Assembly: GCA_016930235.1 (NCBI GenBank)
Contig: JAFGHI010000030.1
Span: 43,834-107,833 of the forward strand
Direction: 5' to 3'
DNA: 64,000 nt
Origin: Candidatus Omnitrophota bacterium
GTDB lineage: Bacteria; Omnitrophota; Omnitrophia; Omnitrophales; Aquincolibacteriaceae
Part shown: positions 29,437 through 39,016 of the stretch, in pieces
Numbering within the stretch: the stretch's first letter is position 1
How the letters are laid out: the number at the start of each line of letters is the position of its first letter
Notes under the pieces: generated by a model
Database searches by the model: none
Seen by the model: only the letters and a program-made list of their open reading frames with translations
Told to the model about the DNA's origin: nothing
Program-made: the position numbers and the translations under genes

Positions 29437-30524
29437 TGCGGGCCCTCCTTGAATGGATCAAGAAAGAAAAGTTTTATGTCATCCTTTTCTTGTTGGTTGG
29501 CGCCTACCTGTTTTACGAAAGGGTTCATTTCGGGAGCGCTCCTTCCGAGATGCCTGTCTCCCAAGAAGTTATTGCTTATCAACAGGCTGAGGGGGAACTT
29601 CAACAAAAGGTTCAGACTTCCGGTTCCCTGGAGGTCTTCTTGAAAGACCGCCCTGATTTAGCCGCGCTTTTTGGTTTTTTTACCTCGTTTATTCTGTTAG
29701 CTCTTTTGATCGGACTCGCGATTGATATTGGCTATTCAATCAATAAGCGTTTTCGCTCCCATCTTGTTTTTCAATTCCACGAACCCAGTTTTTCGGATTG
29801 GCGACTGTCCATGCTTTTTAAGGTTGTCGTTCTTTTTTTTGCTGCCGGACTCATGGCAAGTTTTATCTTGGGTTATTTTAGAAGGGTTGTTTTTGAAGGG
29901 CCTTCCGATAATTTTTATATCTTGATGCACACAACGCTAGTCGACGTTTTATGTTTTCTTTTTATTTGGCACGTCATGAACCGTTCGGGCGGGGGACTCC
30001 GGGACATCGGGTTTAGAGTCCCGGACGGGAAGATCCTGAGGGAGTTGGTGATTGGGTGGTTAGGATATCTTGCAATCCTTCCTGCTTTTGCAATTGTTCT
30101 TATCGCTGTCGTTTTCATTTCGGAGTGGTTGGCCCAGGAGCCGCCGCTTCATCCCATCATCAATGTTTTTTTGGAAGAAGAAAAACGGAATCCGTTTCTG
30201 GTTCAATACTCTGTGTTGCTGGCAGCCGTGATCGGGCCTTTTTTCGAAGAGATATTTTTTCGCGGATTCTGCTATTCGATCATTAAAAAGAAGTGGGGGA
30301 AAATATGGGGAATGCTTGCGAGCTCGGCCCTTTTTGCCTGGATCCATGAAAGCAGTTTCGCCTTCTGGCCCATTTTTGTCTTGGGACTGGGGCTGGCTTA
30401 TCTTTATGAAAAAAGACAGTCCCTGATTGCCCCCATGGTTCTTCATATTACCCACAATAGTGTTTTTCTGGCGTATTTTTTTCTAACCAAGCAGGTCCTA
30501 GCTCAGGAAGCGGGTCTTTTCTGA
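29433..30524 (+). CDS. CPBP-family intramembrane metalloprotease (CAAX protease / Abi)
   Basis: It is multi-TM and carries the motifs EEIFFR, FAWIHE and HITHN. Confidence 0.75.
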   Translation: MMRALLEWIKKEKFYVILFLLVGAYLFYERVHFGSAPSEMPVSQEVIAYQQAEGELQQKVQTSGSLEVFLKDRPDLAALFGFFTSFILLALLIGLAIDIGYSINKRFRSHLVFQFHEPSFSDWRLSMLFKVVVLFFAAGLMASFILGYFRRVVFEGPSDNFYILMHTTLVDVLCFLFIWHVMNRSGGGLRDIGFRVPDGKILRELVIGWLGYLAILPAFAIVLIAVVFISEWLAQEPPLHPIINVFLEEEKRNPFLVQYSVLLAAVIGPFFEEIFFRGFCYSIIKKKWGKIWGMLASSALFAWIHESSFAFWPIFVLGLGLAYLYEKRQSLIAPMVLHITHNSVFLAYFFLTKQVLAQEAGLF

Positions 30525-31132
30525 TGGAGATAGCTCTTCTTATTTTCTTGTTTTTAATGACGATTGTAATTCACGAAGTAAGTCATGGGTATGTGGCCTA
30601 TCGACTGGGGGATCCCACAGCGAAAGCGAGAGGACGGCTGAGTCTTAATCCGCTTAAACACATTGATATGTTTTGGACTGTTCTCTTGCCGGCATTGCTT
30701 TTCATTTCAACGCGCGGGAAATTTGCCATCGGGATGGCCAAACCGGTTCCGGTCAATTTTGCCTTACTTCATCACCCGAAACGGGATATGGTGAAGGTGG
30801 CGGCGGCAGGGCCCTTGGCGAATATCCTTATCTCGATCGTTTTGGCTTTTGTCATCAGGTTTTATCCCCATACGATTATCCTTTATGTGATTTGGTTTAA
30901 CTTGGGCTTGGCGATGTTTAATCTGATACCGATCCCGCCTTTAGACGGGTCGCGTATCCTGGCGGGCCTTTTGCCCATCGCCTTGGCGAGACTCTTCTTT
31001 AAAATCGAACGGTTTGGATTTATGATTATTTTGCTTTTATATTTCACCGGGATGCTTTTTTATCTTATTGTCCCGGGGGTTGATTTCTTTTGTGTTTTGT
31101 TGGGAGTGCCGTCTTTACCCGTTCGTTTTTAA
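30524..31132 (+). CDS. Site-2 protease (M50)-like small intramembrane metalloprotease
   Basis: HEVSHG gives the HExxH motif within a TM segment. It also has LNPLKHID and a PLDGSRIL LDG motif. Confidence 0.7.
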   Translation: MEIALLIFLFLMTIVIHEVSHGYVAYRLGDPTAKARGRLSLNPLKHIDMFWTVLLPALLFISTRGKFAIGMAKPVPVNFALLHHPKRDMVKVAAAGPLANILISIVLAFVIRFYPHTIILYVIWFNLGLAMFNLIPIPPLDGSRILAGLLPIALARLFFKIERFGFMIILLLYFTGMLFYLIVPGVDFFCVLLGVPSLPVRF

Positions 31133-31164
31133 ACAATCGTTAGGTTTCGAAGGAGAGTGTTTCG

Positions 31165-32202
31165 ATGATTTTTGCGCCGATGCGTTTTCGACACAATGTT
31201 TTGGAACTGCTTGATCAGAGAAAATTACCCCTGCAGGAGAAATGGCTGCGCTGCCGGAATTCCAAGGATGTTTATTGGGCGATCAAAAATATGGTGGTAC
31301 GGGGAGCGCCCGCCATCGGTATTGTCGGGGGATACGGCTTGTACCTGGGGATTGCGCGGTATCGGGGATCCCGGAAAGGTTTTTTCGGTTTATTACGAAA
31401 GCAAGCCGTTTATCTAAAGGGTGCGCGTCCTACAGGAGTTAATTTAAGAAACGTGATTGATGAGATTGTCAAGGGAACGGGCAAAAGCAAAGATCGGAAT
31501 ATTTCGATCCTGAAGCGTTTGGTGTTGCGCCAAGCCCAGGCTGCTCATCATCTCGATGAAAAACTTTGCAGACGGATGGGCGCCCATGGGGCAAAACTTT
31601 TGAGATCCGGGGATACGGTTCTCACCCATTGCAATGCAGGAGGACTTGCGACATCGGGCTTTGGAACGGCTCTGGGTGTCTTCTATGCTGCCAAAGGGCA
31701 GGGGAAGAAGATTGCTGTCTTTGCGGATGAAACGAGGCCCCTTTTGCAGGGGGCACGTCTTACAGCCTGGGAGCTTACGAAAAGCAAAATCCCGTGTACG
31801 CTTATCTGCGATAATATGGCGGCGTGTATGATGAAGGCAGGAAGGATCGATGCTGTTATTGTCGGTGCCGACCGTATTGCCGCCAATGGTGATACCGCCA
31901 ATAAAATCGGAACATATAATCTCGCCGTTTTAGCGCGTGCTCATCGGATTCCTTTTTATATTGCGGCACCTGTTACCACCTTCGATTTTTCGATCCGAAA
32001 TGGGAAAGGAATTCCGATTGAATACCGGGACCCTCAGGAAGTGACGGAGGGGCTGGGGAAAAGGATTGCTCCAAGGAGAGTGAAGGTGCTGAATCCGGCC
32101 TTTGACGTGACGCCTCATTTGCTGATCACCTCCTTTATCACCGAAGCGGGAGTGCTCAAGAAACCCTTTCGCCGATCCTTTCTGAAATTGAGGAAGAAGT
32201 AG
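31165..32202 (+). CDS. mtnA: S-methyl-5-thioribose-1-phosphate isomerase (eIF-2B/MtnA family)
   Basis: It has the THCNAGGLATSGFGTALGV and GADRIAANGDTANKIGTY motifs. Confidence 0.75.
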   Translation: MIFAPMRFRHNVLELLDQRKLPLQEKWLRCRNSKDVYWAIKNMVVRGAPAIGIVGGYGLYLGIARYRGSRKGFFGLLRKQAVYLKGARPTGVNLRNVIDEIVKGTGKSKDRNISILKRLVLRQAQAAHHLDEKLCRRMGAHGAKLLRSGDTVLTHCNAGGLATSGFGTALGVFYAAKGQGKKIAVFADETRPLLQGARLTAWELTKSKIPCTLICDNMAACMMKAGRIDAVIVGADRIAANGDTANKIGTYNLAVLARAHRIPFYIAAPVTTFDFSIRNGKGIPIEYRDPQEVTEGLGKRIAPRRVKVLNPAFDVTPHLLITSFITEAGVLKKPFRRSFLKLRKK

Positions 32203-32208
32203 AAGACA

Positions 32209-33141
32209 ATGAGGATTTCAGAGTTTCAATTGATTGAAATGCTTAAAAGGGGAGTTCCTAAATCCCTTCAAGGGGATATTGGACTGGGGGATGATGCTGC
32301 GGTGTTATCTTTTCGCCGCGGACGGAAGGTTTTATTCTCAGCCGATACGGTTGTTGAGGGCGTCGATTTCAAGATGGGGCAAATTCAACCGGAAATGGCA
32401 GGGCGTAAGGCGCTTGCAGTCAATTTGAGTGATATCGCAGCGATGGGAGGTACACCTTTTGCTTTTGTTTCAGCCCTTGGTTTGCCCCGTAAAGTCTCTG
32501 AGCGATGGATAAAAGAATTTCATGTCGGGATGGTGAGGTTGGCAAGACAATTTCAGGTCTCATTTGTCGGGGGCGATGTAACCGCTTCAAAGCAATTTTT
32601 CGCTTCCATTGCCATTTTAGGATATGCCCGCAAAGCCATTCTCAGACGGGGAGCAAAACCGGGTGATCTGATCGGTGTGACAGGGGATCTCGGGGGGTCC
32701 ATCCTCGAACATCATTACCGGTTTATGCCGCGTTTGCGAGAGGGCCAGTATCTCGCCAGACATTTTCATCCGTCTGCGATGATTGATATCTCCGATGGAT
32801 TATGGCAGGATTGCGAACACATGATGAAAGCGTCGGGCGTTTGTGCAAAACTTGATGCCGATAAGGTACCGGTTTCGAAAGCAGCTTTAACGCTTTCGAA
32901 AAATAACCGCAAAAAAGCTTTGGGACATGCCTTGGGCGATGGCGAAGATTTTGAGCTTCTCTTTACCCTTCCGCAGAAATCAGCCCATCGGTTAGACAGG
33001 CATTGGAAAAAGAGGTTCCCGAATGTCAGACTTAGCTGGATTGGCCGAGTCTTGCCTGGCAAGGCTAAACAAGGGATTGTTCAATGCTCGGTTAATGAGT
33101 TCAATCGCAAGACAATCAGGAAAGGTTACAGCCATTTTTGA
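32209..33141 (+). CDS. thiL: Thiamine-monophosphate kinase
   Basis: It shows the AIR-synthase-related fold, with LGDDAAVL and FSADTVVEGVDF. Confidence 0.85.
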   Translation: MRISEFQLIEMLKRGVPKSLQGDIGLGDDAAVLSFRRGRKVLFSADTVVEGVDFKMGQIQPEMAGRKALAVNLSDIAAMGGTPFAFVSALGLPRKVSERWIKEFHVGMVRLARQFQVSFVGGDVTASKQFFASIAILGYARKAILRRGAKPGDLIGVTGDLGGSILEHHYRFMPRLREGQYLARHFHPSAMIDISDGLWQDCEHMMKASGVCAKLDADKVPVSKAALTLSKNNRKKALGHALGDGEDFELLFTLPQKSAHRLDRHWKKRFPNVRLSWIGRVLPGKAKQGIVQCSVNEFNRKTIRKGYSHF

Positions 33142-33142
33142 G

Positions 33143-33595
33143 ATGATGACGCAAAAAGAGTACCTCAGTCAGTCGACCGAAGAAACTTTAGAGTTTGCCA
33201 GCCGGTTAGCCAAGCAGCTCAAGCCCGGAAGTGTGATCGGCCTTGTGGGGGACTTGGGTTCCGGGAAGACAACTTTCATCAAGGGAATTGCCCATGGACT
33301 TGGTTTAGCCAATGCCGATGAGGTCAAAAGTCCGACATTTGTACTGATGCATATCTATAAAACGACGATTCCGCTTTATCATTTTGACTTGTACCGCTTG
33401 GAAAGCGCTGAGGATTTTCAAGCGATCGGTTTTGAAGAATTTACAGCCGATTCAAAGGCGATATCATGTATCGAATGGGCCGATAAGGCGGGTTCTCTTT
33501 TGCCCGCGCATACGGTTTTTGTCCATCTGGAGCATCTGGGGCTGGATCGCCGCCGGATCATCATCATACCCCGTCATTCTGCTAAGCCCTACTGA
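33143..33595 (+). CDS. tsaE: tRNA t6A biosynthesis ATPase TsaE (YjeE)
   Basis: It has GDLGSGKTTF and VKSPTFVLMHIY. The in-frame ATG lies 2 nt after the thiL stop. Confidence 0.8.
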   Translation: MMTQKEYLSQSTEETLEFASRLAKQLKPGSVIGLVGDLGSGKTTFIKGIAHGLGLANADEVKSPTFVLMHIYKTTIPLYHFDLYRLESAEDFQAIGFEEFTADSKAISCIEWADKAGSLLPAHTVFVHLEHLGLDRRRIIIIPRHSAKPY

Positions 33596-33621
33596 GACTC
33601 TTCCGAACCTATTGCCTTGCA

Positions 33622-33630
33622 TGGTACAAT
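33622..33630 (+). promoter_or_regulatory. Extended -10 element (TGgTACAAT) upstream of the ClpX-like gene
   Basis: This is a sequence motif only. Confidence 0.3.
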
Positions 33631-33664
33631 ACACTTCTTTTATACAATTAAATGAGGGGGCGTT

Positions 33665-35221
33665 ATGGCTGAACCCAGGGATCCGAATCAGGCACAGAGG
33701 GATATGATGGAAAACATGAGGAGGATGATGAGCCAATTTGGCACACGTCCGGATCCTCAGGCTGAACGGGTCAGGGAACAAGAGGAAGAGAAACAGAGGC
33801 AGAAACGCAAAGAAGTCCTTTCCTTTGATCTCAAACCCAAAGATGTCAAAAAGTATTTGGATCGGTACGTCATCAAGCAAGAAGATGCCAAACGGGTTTT
33901 GGCCACGGCGGTTTGTGACCATTACAACCATGTCAAACGCCAGCGGGAGAAAGGCAAAAGCCGGCACTATGTCAAACAAAACGTTTTGATGCTGGGTAAG
34001 ACGGGGGTTGGGAAGACTTTCCTTATTCGGAGTTTATCCGAACTTATCGGTGTCCCTTTTATAAAAGCGGATGCGACGAAATTCAGCGAAACGGGTTATG
34101 TCGGAGGTGACGTTGATGATCTTGTGCGGGACCTAGTTCACAAGGCCGATGGGGATATGGAGCTTGCCGAATGCGGTATGATCTATATCGACGAAATCGA
34201 TAAGATTGCAGCTCCCTCGAATGTTCAGGGGCGTGATGTCAGCGGGAGCGGTGTTCAAAGGGGACTTTTGAAAATTATGGAGGAAACCGAAGTGCCGCTT
34301 CGTAATCCCCAGGACATTCAATCTCAGATTCAATCGCTTGTTGAGTTCCAACAAAAAGGCAAAACGACACGCCCGATGATTAATACGCGGAATATCCTTT
34401 TCATTGTCAGCGGTGCCTTTGAGGGGCTTGCGGCCATTACGGAGAAAAGAGTCAAATCTTTAGAGATCGGTTTTTCGTCATCGGCCCCGAAACATATCCC
34501 CAAAGAGGACCTTTTCAGGGCATCGAAAACGGAAGATTTTATACAGTTTGGGTTTGAACCGGAATTTATCGGCCGCCTTCCTGTCCGTGTGATCTGTGAT
34601 CCATTGAGTGCACAGGACCTTTATACTATTTTGACCGTCTCGGAAGGCTCCATTTTGAGGCAATACGAGGAATCTTTCCGCGCGTACGGCATTGAAATCC
34701 AGTTCAATGATGATGCCTTATGGGAAATCGCCAAAAGGGCCTCAAATGAAGGAACGGGTGCACGGGGTTTGGTCACGATCTGCGAAAAGATCTTCCGGGA
34801 CTTGAAATATGAGCTTCCTTCCAGCAGGCTGAAGTCGTTCCGGCTCACCCGCGAGATGGTGGCTTCGCCGAAGAAAGGAATGGAGGAATTGCTCCAGGAG
34901 GAAAGGGAGGAAAAGATTCGAGAAATAGAGCTTGAGATTACCGAATTCGAAAAGATTTTTTCCGACAAAAATGGCATTGCTATTGAGTTCGATCCAAAAG
35001 GGCGTCGAGCCATTCAAGAACACGTGTTAGAAGAGAGTGTTCAAGTGAAACCTTTCTTAGAAAATCTGCTTTCAAATTATCCCCATGGTTTAGAGCTAAT
35101 TCGCAAAAAGGAGCCGCGTCATAAGTATGTGTTAAATCAGGACGTGGTTAAGGACCCCAACCATTTTCTGGAAGAGTGGATTAAGAATACTTATGAAACC
35201 GGGCCTATAAAGCAGCGGTAG
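33665..35221 (+). CDS. ClpX-like AAA+ ATPase lacking the N-terminal zinc-binding domain, with a ~140-aa C-terminal extension
   Basis: It has a Walker A (LGKTGVGKTF), a Walker B (MIYIDEIDKIA), a VQRGLLKIMEET box, an IGF-like loop (SLEIGFSS) and a sensor-2 (GARGL). The first 70 aa contain no Cys. Confidence 0.7.
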   Translation: MAEPRDPNQAQRDMMENMRRMMSQFGTRPDPQAERVREQEEEKQRQKRKEVLSFDLKPKDVKKYLDRYVIKQEDAKRVLATAVCDHYNHVKRQREKGKSRHYVKQNVLMLGKTGVGKTFLIRSLSELIGVPFIKADATKFSETGYVGGDVDDLVRDLVHKADGDMELAECGMIYIDEIDKIAAPSNVQGRDVSGSGVQRGLLKIMEETEVPLRNPQDIQSQIQSLVEFQQKGKTTRPMINTRNILFIVSGAFEGLAAITEKRVKSLEIGFSSSAPKHIPKEDLFRASKTEDFIQFGFEPEFIGRLPVRVICDPLSAQDLYTILTVSEGSILRQYEESFRAYGIEIQFNDDALWEIAKRASNEGTGARGLVTICEKIFRDLKYELPSSRLKSFRLTREMVASPKKGMEELLQEEREEKIREIELEITEFEKIFSDKNGIAIEFDPKGRRAIQEHVLEESVQVKPFLENLLSNYPHGLELIRKKEPRHKYVLNQDVVKDPNHFLEEWIKNTYETGPIKQR

Positions 35222-35249
35222 CGGTTCATAACAGTAAATGTGAAGACAG

Positions 35250-36371
35250 ATGAAAACGGGTATTGCGCATTTGCCGCTCCACGGCGGAAAAGCACCGCGC
35301 TGGCTTTTTGACAGAATGACAAAATTGGCCCGTGGAATGGTCATGGTCATTATCGAAGAATATGGCCCTGAAGAGATGCTCAAACGGTTATCGGACCCTT
35401 ATTGGTTTCAGGCGTTCGGGTGTGTGCTGGGTTTCGACTGGCATTCAAGCGGTTTGACGACGACCGTCGGAGGTGCTTTGAAGGAGGGCCTCCGTGATGT
35501 CGAGCTTGAGATTGGCTTCTTTGTGGCGGGCGGAAAAGGGGGAACGTCGAGAAAGACACCTCAGGAAATCGAAACGGTGTCAGAAAGAACAGGGATCGAT
35601 GCGAAACCTTTGGTCTATGCAAGCCGGATGGCGGCTAAAGTCGATTCCGCGGCTTTACAGGATGGTTTCGAGTTGTACCACCATAATTTCTTTCACACAT
35701 CGAGCGGCCGGTGGTGTGTTGTTCAGCAGGGAATGAATAAAGAAAACCGTTATGCGAGGCGATATCATTGGCTCGGGGATAAGGTTTCTGATTTCGTTTG
35801 TGAACCTCACGCAGCGGTTTGTTGTGATTTCCAGACCGCGGTCTTGAATATGGTTCACCGCGAGAGTGAAAAAGCCAGACAGAGGTCGGTTGTGATTTCA
35901 AGACATGATCCCGACAGAACATTCCATGAGCTTGAGGCCATAGTTCGTTTGGATATGCCCAGACGCCATGGGATTCGGGAGGAATTCGATATCGACCCTA
36001 AACGATTTCATAAGGTCTTGCTCAAAACCTATGAATATCAGCCGAATGGTTTTGAGACATTATTAAGTATGCAGGGGATAGGACCGAAAACAATACGGGC
36101 GCTGACCTTGATGAGCGAACTTATTTACGGGGAACGGCCGAGTTATCAAGATCCGGTCCGCTATAGTTATGCCCATGGGGGAAAAGACGGGTTTCCCTAT
36201 CCCGTTGATCGTAAAACTTATGATCAATCGATTGATTGTCTTCGATTGGCCCTTGATCGGTCAAAAATCGACCGATCCGAACGCATTCATGCTCTTAAAC
36301 GTTTAGTCGCATTTTATGACAGCAGATCACCCCAACGAAATCAGAATAGGGTGACGGGAGGATTGCCATGA
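35250..36371 (+). CDS. Conserved hypothetical protein (possibly the DUF763 family)
   Basis: It has a conserved-looking N-terminus (LPLHGGKAPRWL...DWHSSGLTT). No catalytic motif was recognised. Confidence 0.4.
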   Translation: MKTGIAHLPLHGGKAPRWLFDRMTKLARGMVMVIIEEYGPEEMLKRLSDPYWFQAFGCVLGFDWHSSGLTTTVGGALKEGLRDVELEIGFFVAGGKGGTSRKTPQEIETVSERTGIDAKPLVYASRMAAKVDSAALQDGFELYHHNFFHTSSGRWCVVQQGMNKENRYARRYHWLGDKVSDFVCEPHAAVCCDFQTAVLNMVHRESEKARQRSVVISRHDPDRTFHELEAIVRLDMPRRHGIREEFDIDPKRFHKVLLKTYEYQPNGFETLLSMQGIGPKTIRALTLMSELIYGERPSYQDPVRYSYAHGGKDGFPYPVDRKTYDQSIDCLRLALDRSKIDRSERIHALKRLVAFYDSRSPQRNQNRVTGGLP

Positions 36372-36760
36372 AAAAAGAAGGTCCTTTTTCGTTTCTTGAA
36401 TGGTTTAAATCATTTCGTTATGCAGCGGTCGGGATGTGGGATATGTTGCGGACTGAACATAACGCATGGGTGCATGCCATTGTGACCGTGTTTGTCTTGG
36501 GCTTTTCAGTGTGGTTGCGGATTAGCGGTTTGGAATTTAGCATGATCGTCATGGCGGTTGTCGGGGTATGGGCCGCTGAAGCTTTCAACACGGTTCTGGA
36601 AATTGTGATGAATATGATCTCACCGGAGTATTCGCGGGCGGCGCAGAGAGCAAAAGATATTGCTGCTGGCGGAGTTTTGATCGCATCGATCGGTTCTGCT
36701 ATTATTGGGCTCTTTATTTTGGGACCTCCGCTTTGGGCGAAATTGCAAATATTATTCTAA
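36368..36760 (+). CDS. dgkA: Diacylglycerol kinase / undecaprenol kinase (DgkA family)
   Basis: It is 130 aa with 3 TM segments, and has NTVLE and AKDIAAGGVL motifs. Confidence 0.8.
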   Translation: MKKEGPFSFLEWFKSFRYAAVGMWDMLRTEHNAWVHAIVTVFVLGFSVWLRISGLEFSMIVMAVVGVWAAEAFNTVLEIVMNMISPEYSRAAQRAKDIAAGGVLIASIGSAIIGLFILGPPLWAKLQILF

Positions 36761-36784
36761 GTCAAACAGGAAAACTAAAGGGTC

Positions 36785-38533
36785 ATGAATCCTGAAGAAT
36801 TTGAATCCCTCAGCTCTGAAGAGCAAATTAAAATTTTTCATAAGAGCTCGTTTAAAGAAAAAGGAGAGCTTATCCTGCATTCCCATCATCCGGAGGCTTT
36901 GACTCATTCCCTGTCTCAGGAAGAACTTTATCTGACGACTCGCGAAATGGATATTGAGGAAAGAAGCGAGATCATCCGTTTTGCTTCAAGACCTCAACTG
37001 TATTTTGTTACGGATGTTGATTGCTGGGAAAAAGACAGGATTAGTACGAGCGGATTTACCACATGGATGGAGATTCTCCTGAAATCCGGGGATCATCAGC
37101 TCTTGGCATGGCTGACAGGGATGGATTACGAGACGATCGTTGCGGGTTTGAAACGGATGATTCGGGTTGAGAAACCCGAGCGCGAATATGCGATGGATGA
37201 TGTTTTGGGGGATGTGCCCTATTTTACAATCGATAACTATTATTTTATTTTTGTGAAAGAGGAACAGCTTGAAACCATGCGGAGGACCTTTGAGATTTTG
37301 TTCGAAAATTACCGGGGGCGGTATGTGGCGCTTTTAGAAGGCGTTCTTAGCGAGATTGAGGATGACCTGGAGGAAGAGGCGTATCAGAAACGTGAGCAGC
37401 GTTTAGCCGAGAGGGGATTCCCGGAACCTGAAATTGCTCACCGGATTTACCGGCCGATGACACCCGAGGAATTTCGTGAGTCTCCGCTTAAATCAAAGGA
37501 AGGCGATAAAGCCGAAGGGGCTATCGTCTCGGAAGTTTCATTGCCTCCCAATTATCTGCGCATGTGGTCGGAGAACAGGCTCTTTCTGGATGATGTTTTG
37601 TTGTCTCTCAGAGGCGAGGAGATAGAAATTCAGGAGGGTATTCAGGAAGAATTGGCCTGGCTGTCCAATAAAACCATTGCTTGCGAGGGGTTGGTCTTTT
37701 CTTCAGAAGAAAATGTGAAGCGGGGAGTTGAAAGGGCGCGGAATTTTGTGAATTTGGGGCTTGAGATAGTAAGCGGGAAGGATCTTGAGGTTGCCAAAAA
37801 AATTGTGAAAACAAGGTGGCTTGAAAACATCTTCCGTGTAGGGGCCGGGGCCCTTATCCCATTACGCGAAAAGAGCATGAAATTAGTCCGCATACTATGG
37901 AAAGGTGACCAGGAGGGTTTTCTGAGATTTCTTGACTCTCCGTATGGATCGATTTTGAAGGGATTGCTTTTGCGTGTTCCCGATCATTACGATGATCAAG
38001 AAAAAAACAACCTGGATCATTTGCGTGATTTTCGGACGGCTGAAGATATTCAAAAGGATGAGCATAGTCTTGAACAGATTCGGTTGGTTATGACGTTTTT
38101 ATCCAAGCGTTTTCCTGTGTTATGGAATGATGTTTTGAACGGGCGAGGTCCAGAATCCCTGTTTCAATTATTGGGAACACTTTATGCGCAGTTTGTGCTC
38201 TGGGGGCAAGTCAAGAATCATGTTCTAAGCTCTCAGGAAGTGATTCAATTTATCCGGTCAGCCTTTGACCCAGAAGGAGCTCGAAGAGTATTGAAGCATG
38301 AGATGAAAAAGAAATTCATGGATACCTTTTTTAATGAGGAGGATCAAAATTCCTTAAAGTCGTTTTGGGGGATCATTTTCAGTGAGATGGAAGATGAATT
38401 AGGCAGATTAAATATCGAGAAGGGTTTGCGGCCTGAATATATCGGGATTCTATCGGTGGCTTCGGGGACGAAACCGGCAACAAAAAAAATCGAAAAGAGA
38501 AAAAAGAAAAAACTCTCGGGGAGCACGAATTAG
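36785..38533 (+). CDS. Hypothetical 582-aa soluble protein with a Lys-rich C-terminal tail
   Basis: It is a long ORF with coding-like composition. No domain was recognised. Confidence 0.5.
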   Translation: MNPEEFESLSSEEQIKIFHKSSFKEKGELILHSHHPEALTHSLSQEELYLTTREMDIEERSEIIRFASRPQLYFVTDVDCWEKDRISTSGFTTWMEILLKSGDHQLLAWLTGMDYETIVAGLKRMIRVEKPEREYAMDDVLGDVPYFTIDNYYFIFVKEEQLETMRRTFEILFENYRGRYVALLEGVLSEIEDDLEEEAYQKREQRLAERGFPEPEIAHRIYRPMTPEEFRESPLKSKEGDKAEGAIVSEVSLPPNYLRMWSENRLFLDDVLLSLRGEEIEIQEGIQEELAWLSNKTIACEGLVFSSEENVKRGVERARNFVNLGLEIVSGKDLEVAKKIVKTRWLENIFRVGAGALIPLREKSMKLVRILWKGDQEGFLRFLDSPYGSILKGLLLRVPDHYDDQEKNNLDHLRDFRTAEDIQKDEHSLEQIRLVMTFLSKRFPVLWNDVLNGRGPESLFQLLGTLYAQFVLWGQVKNHVLSSQEVIQFIRSAFDPEGARRVLKHEMKKKFMDTFFNEEDQNSLKSFWGIIFSEMEDELGRLNIEKGLRPEYIGILSVASGTKPATKKIEKRKKKKLSGSTN

Positions 38534-38536
38534 CTT

Positions 38537-38905
38537 ATGTCTGATTTTGAAATCCGTTTTTTTGAAAAGATTATTAAAGAGAAACCCGATCATATCGATG
38601 CGCTTAAGTTATTAGCGGAGGCCTATACAAGAAAGAAACACTATAGCGAAGGGCTGGACATGGATCAACGGTTGTCTGTATTGTGTCCGGAAGACCCCGT
38701 CGTCCATTATAACTTAGCCTGCAGTCTGGCCTTGGTGGGTAAAAAAGAACAGGCCATTCAAGCTTTAAAGCTAAGCATGAAAATGGGTTATGTCGATCTC
38801 GAACACCTCAAAAAGGACCCCGATCTGGATGTTTTGCGGGAGGACCCCTCCTTTCACGAATTGATCAAATCTTTAGAGAAATCAAAAAATTCTAACTCGC
38901 GATGA
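38537..38905 (+). CDS. Small TPR-like repeat protein
   Basis: It has helical TPR-like repeats (ALKLLAEAY..., VHYNLACSLALVGKKEQAIQAL). It is spaced 3 bp from the upstream ORF. Confidence 0.55.
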   Translation: MSDFEIRFFEKIIKEKPDHIDALKLLAEAYTRKKHYSEGLDMDQRLSVLCPEDPVVHYNLACSLALVGKKEQAIQALKLSMKMGYVDLEHLKKDPDLDVLREDPSFHELIKSLEKSKNSNSR

Positions 38906-39016
38906 CATCTAGGGGATCAGTAGAATTATTTGTTCATGGTTTCAAGAAATTATGCCGTTAGGTAAATTGGTACTCTGCGAATGGGGGTATCTATCTCATA
39001 AGCTCAAAGGGGAATA

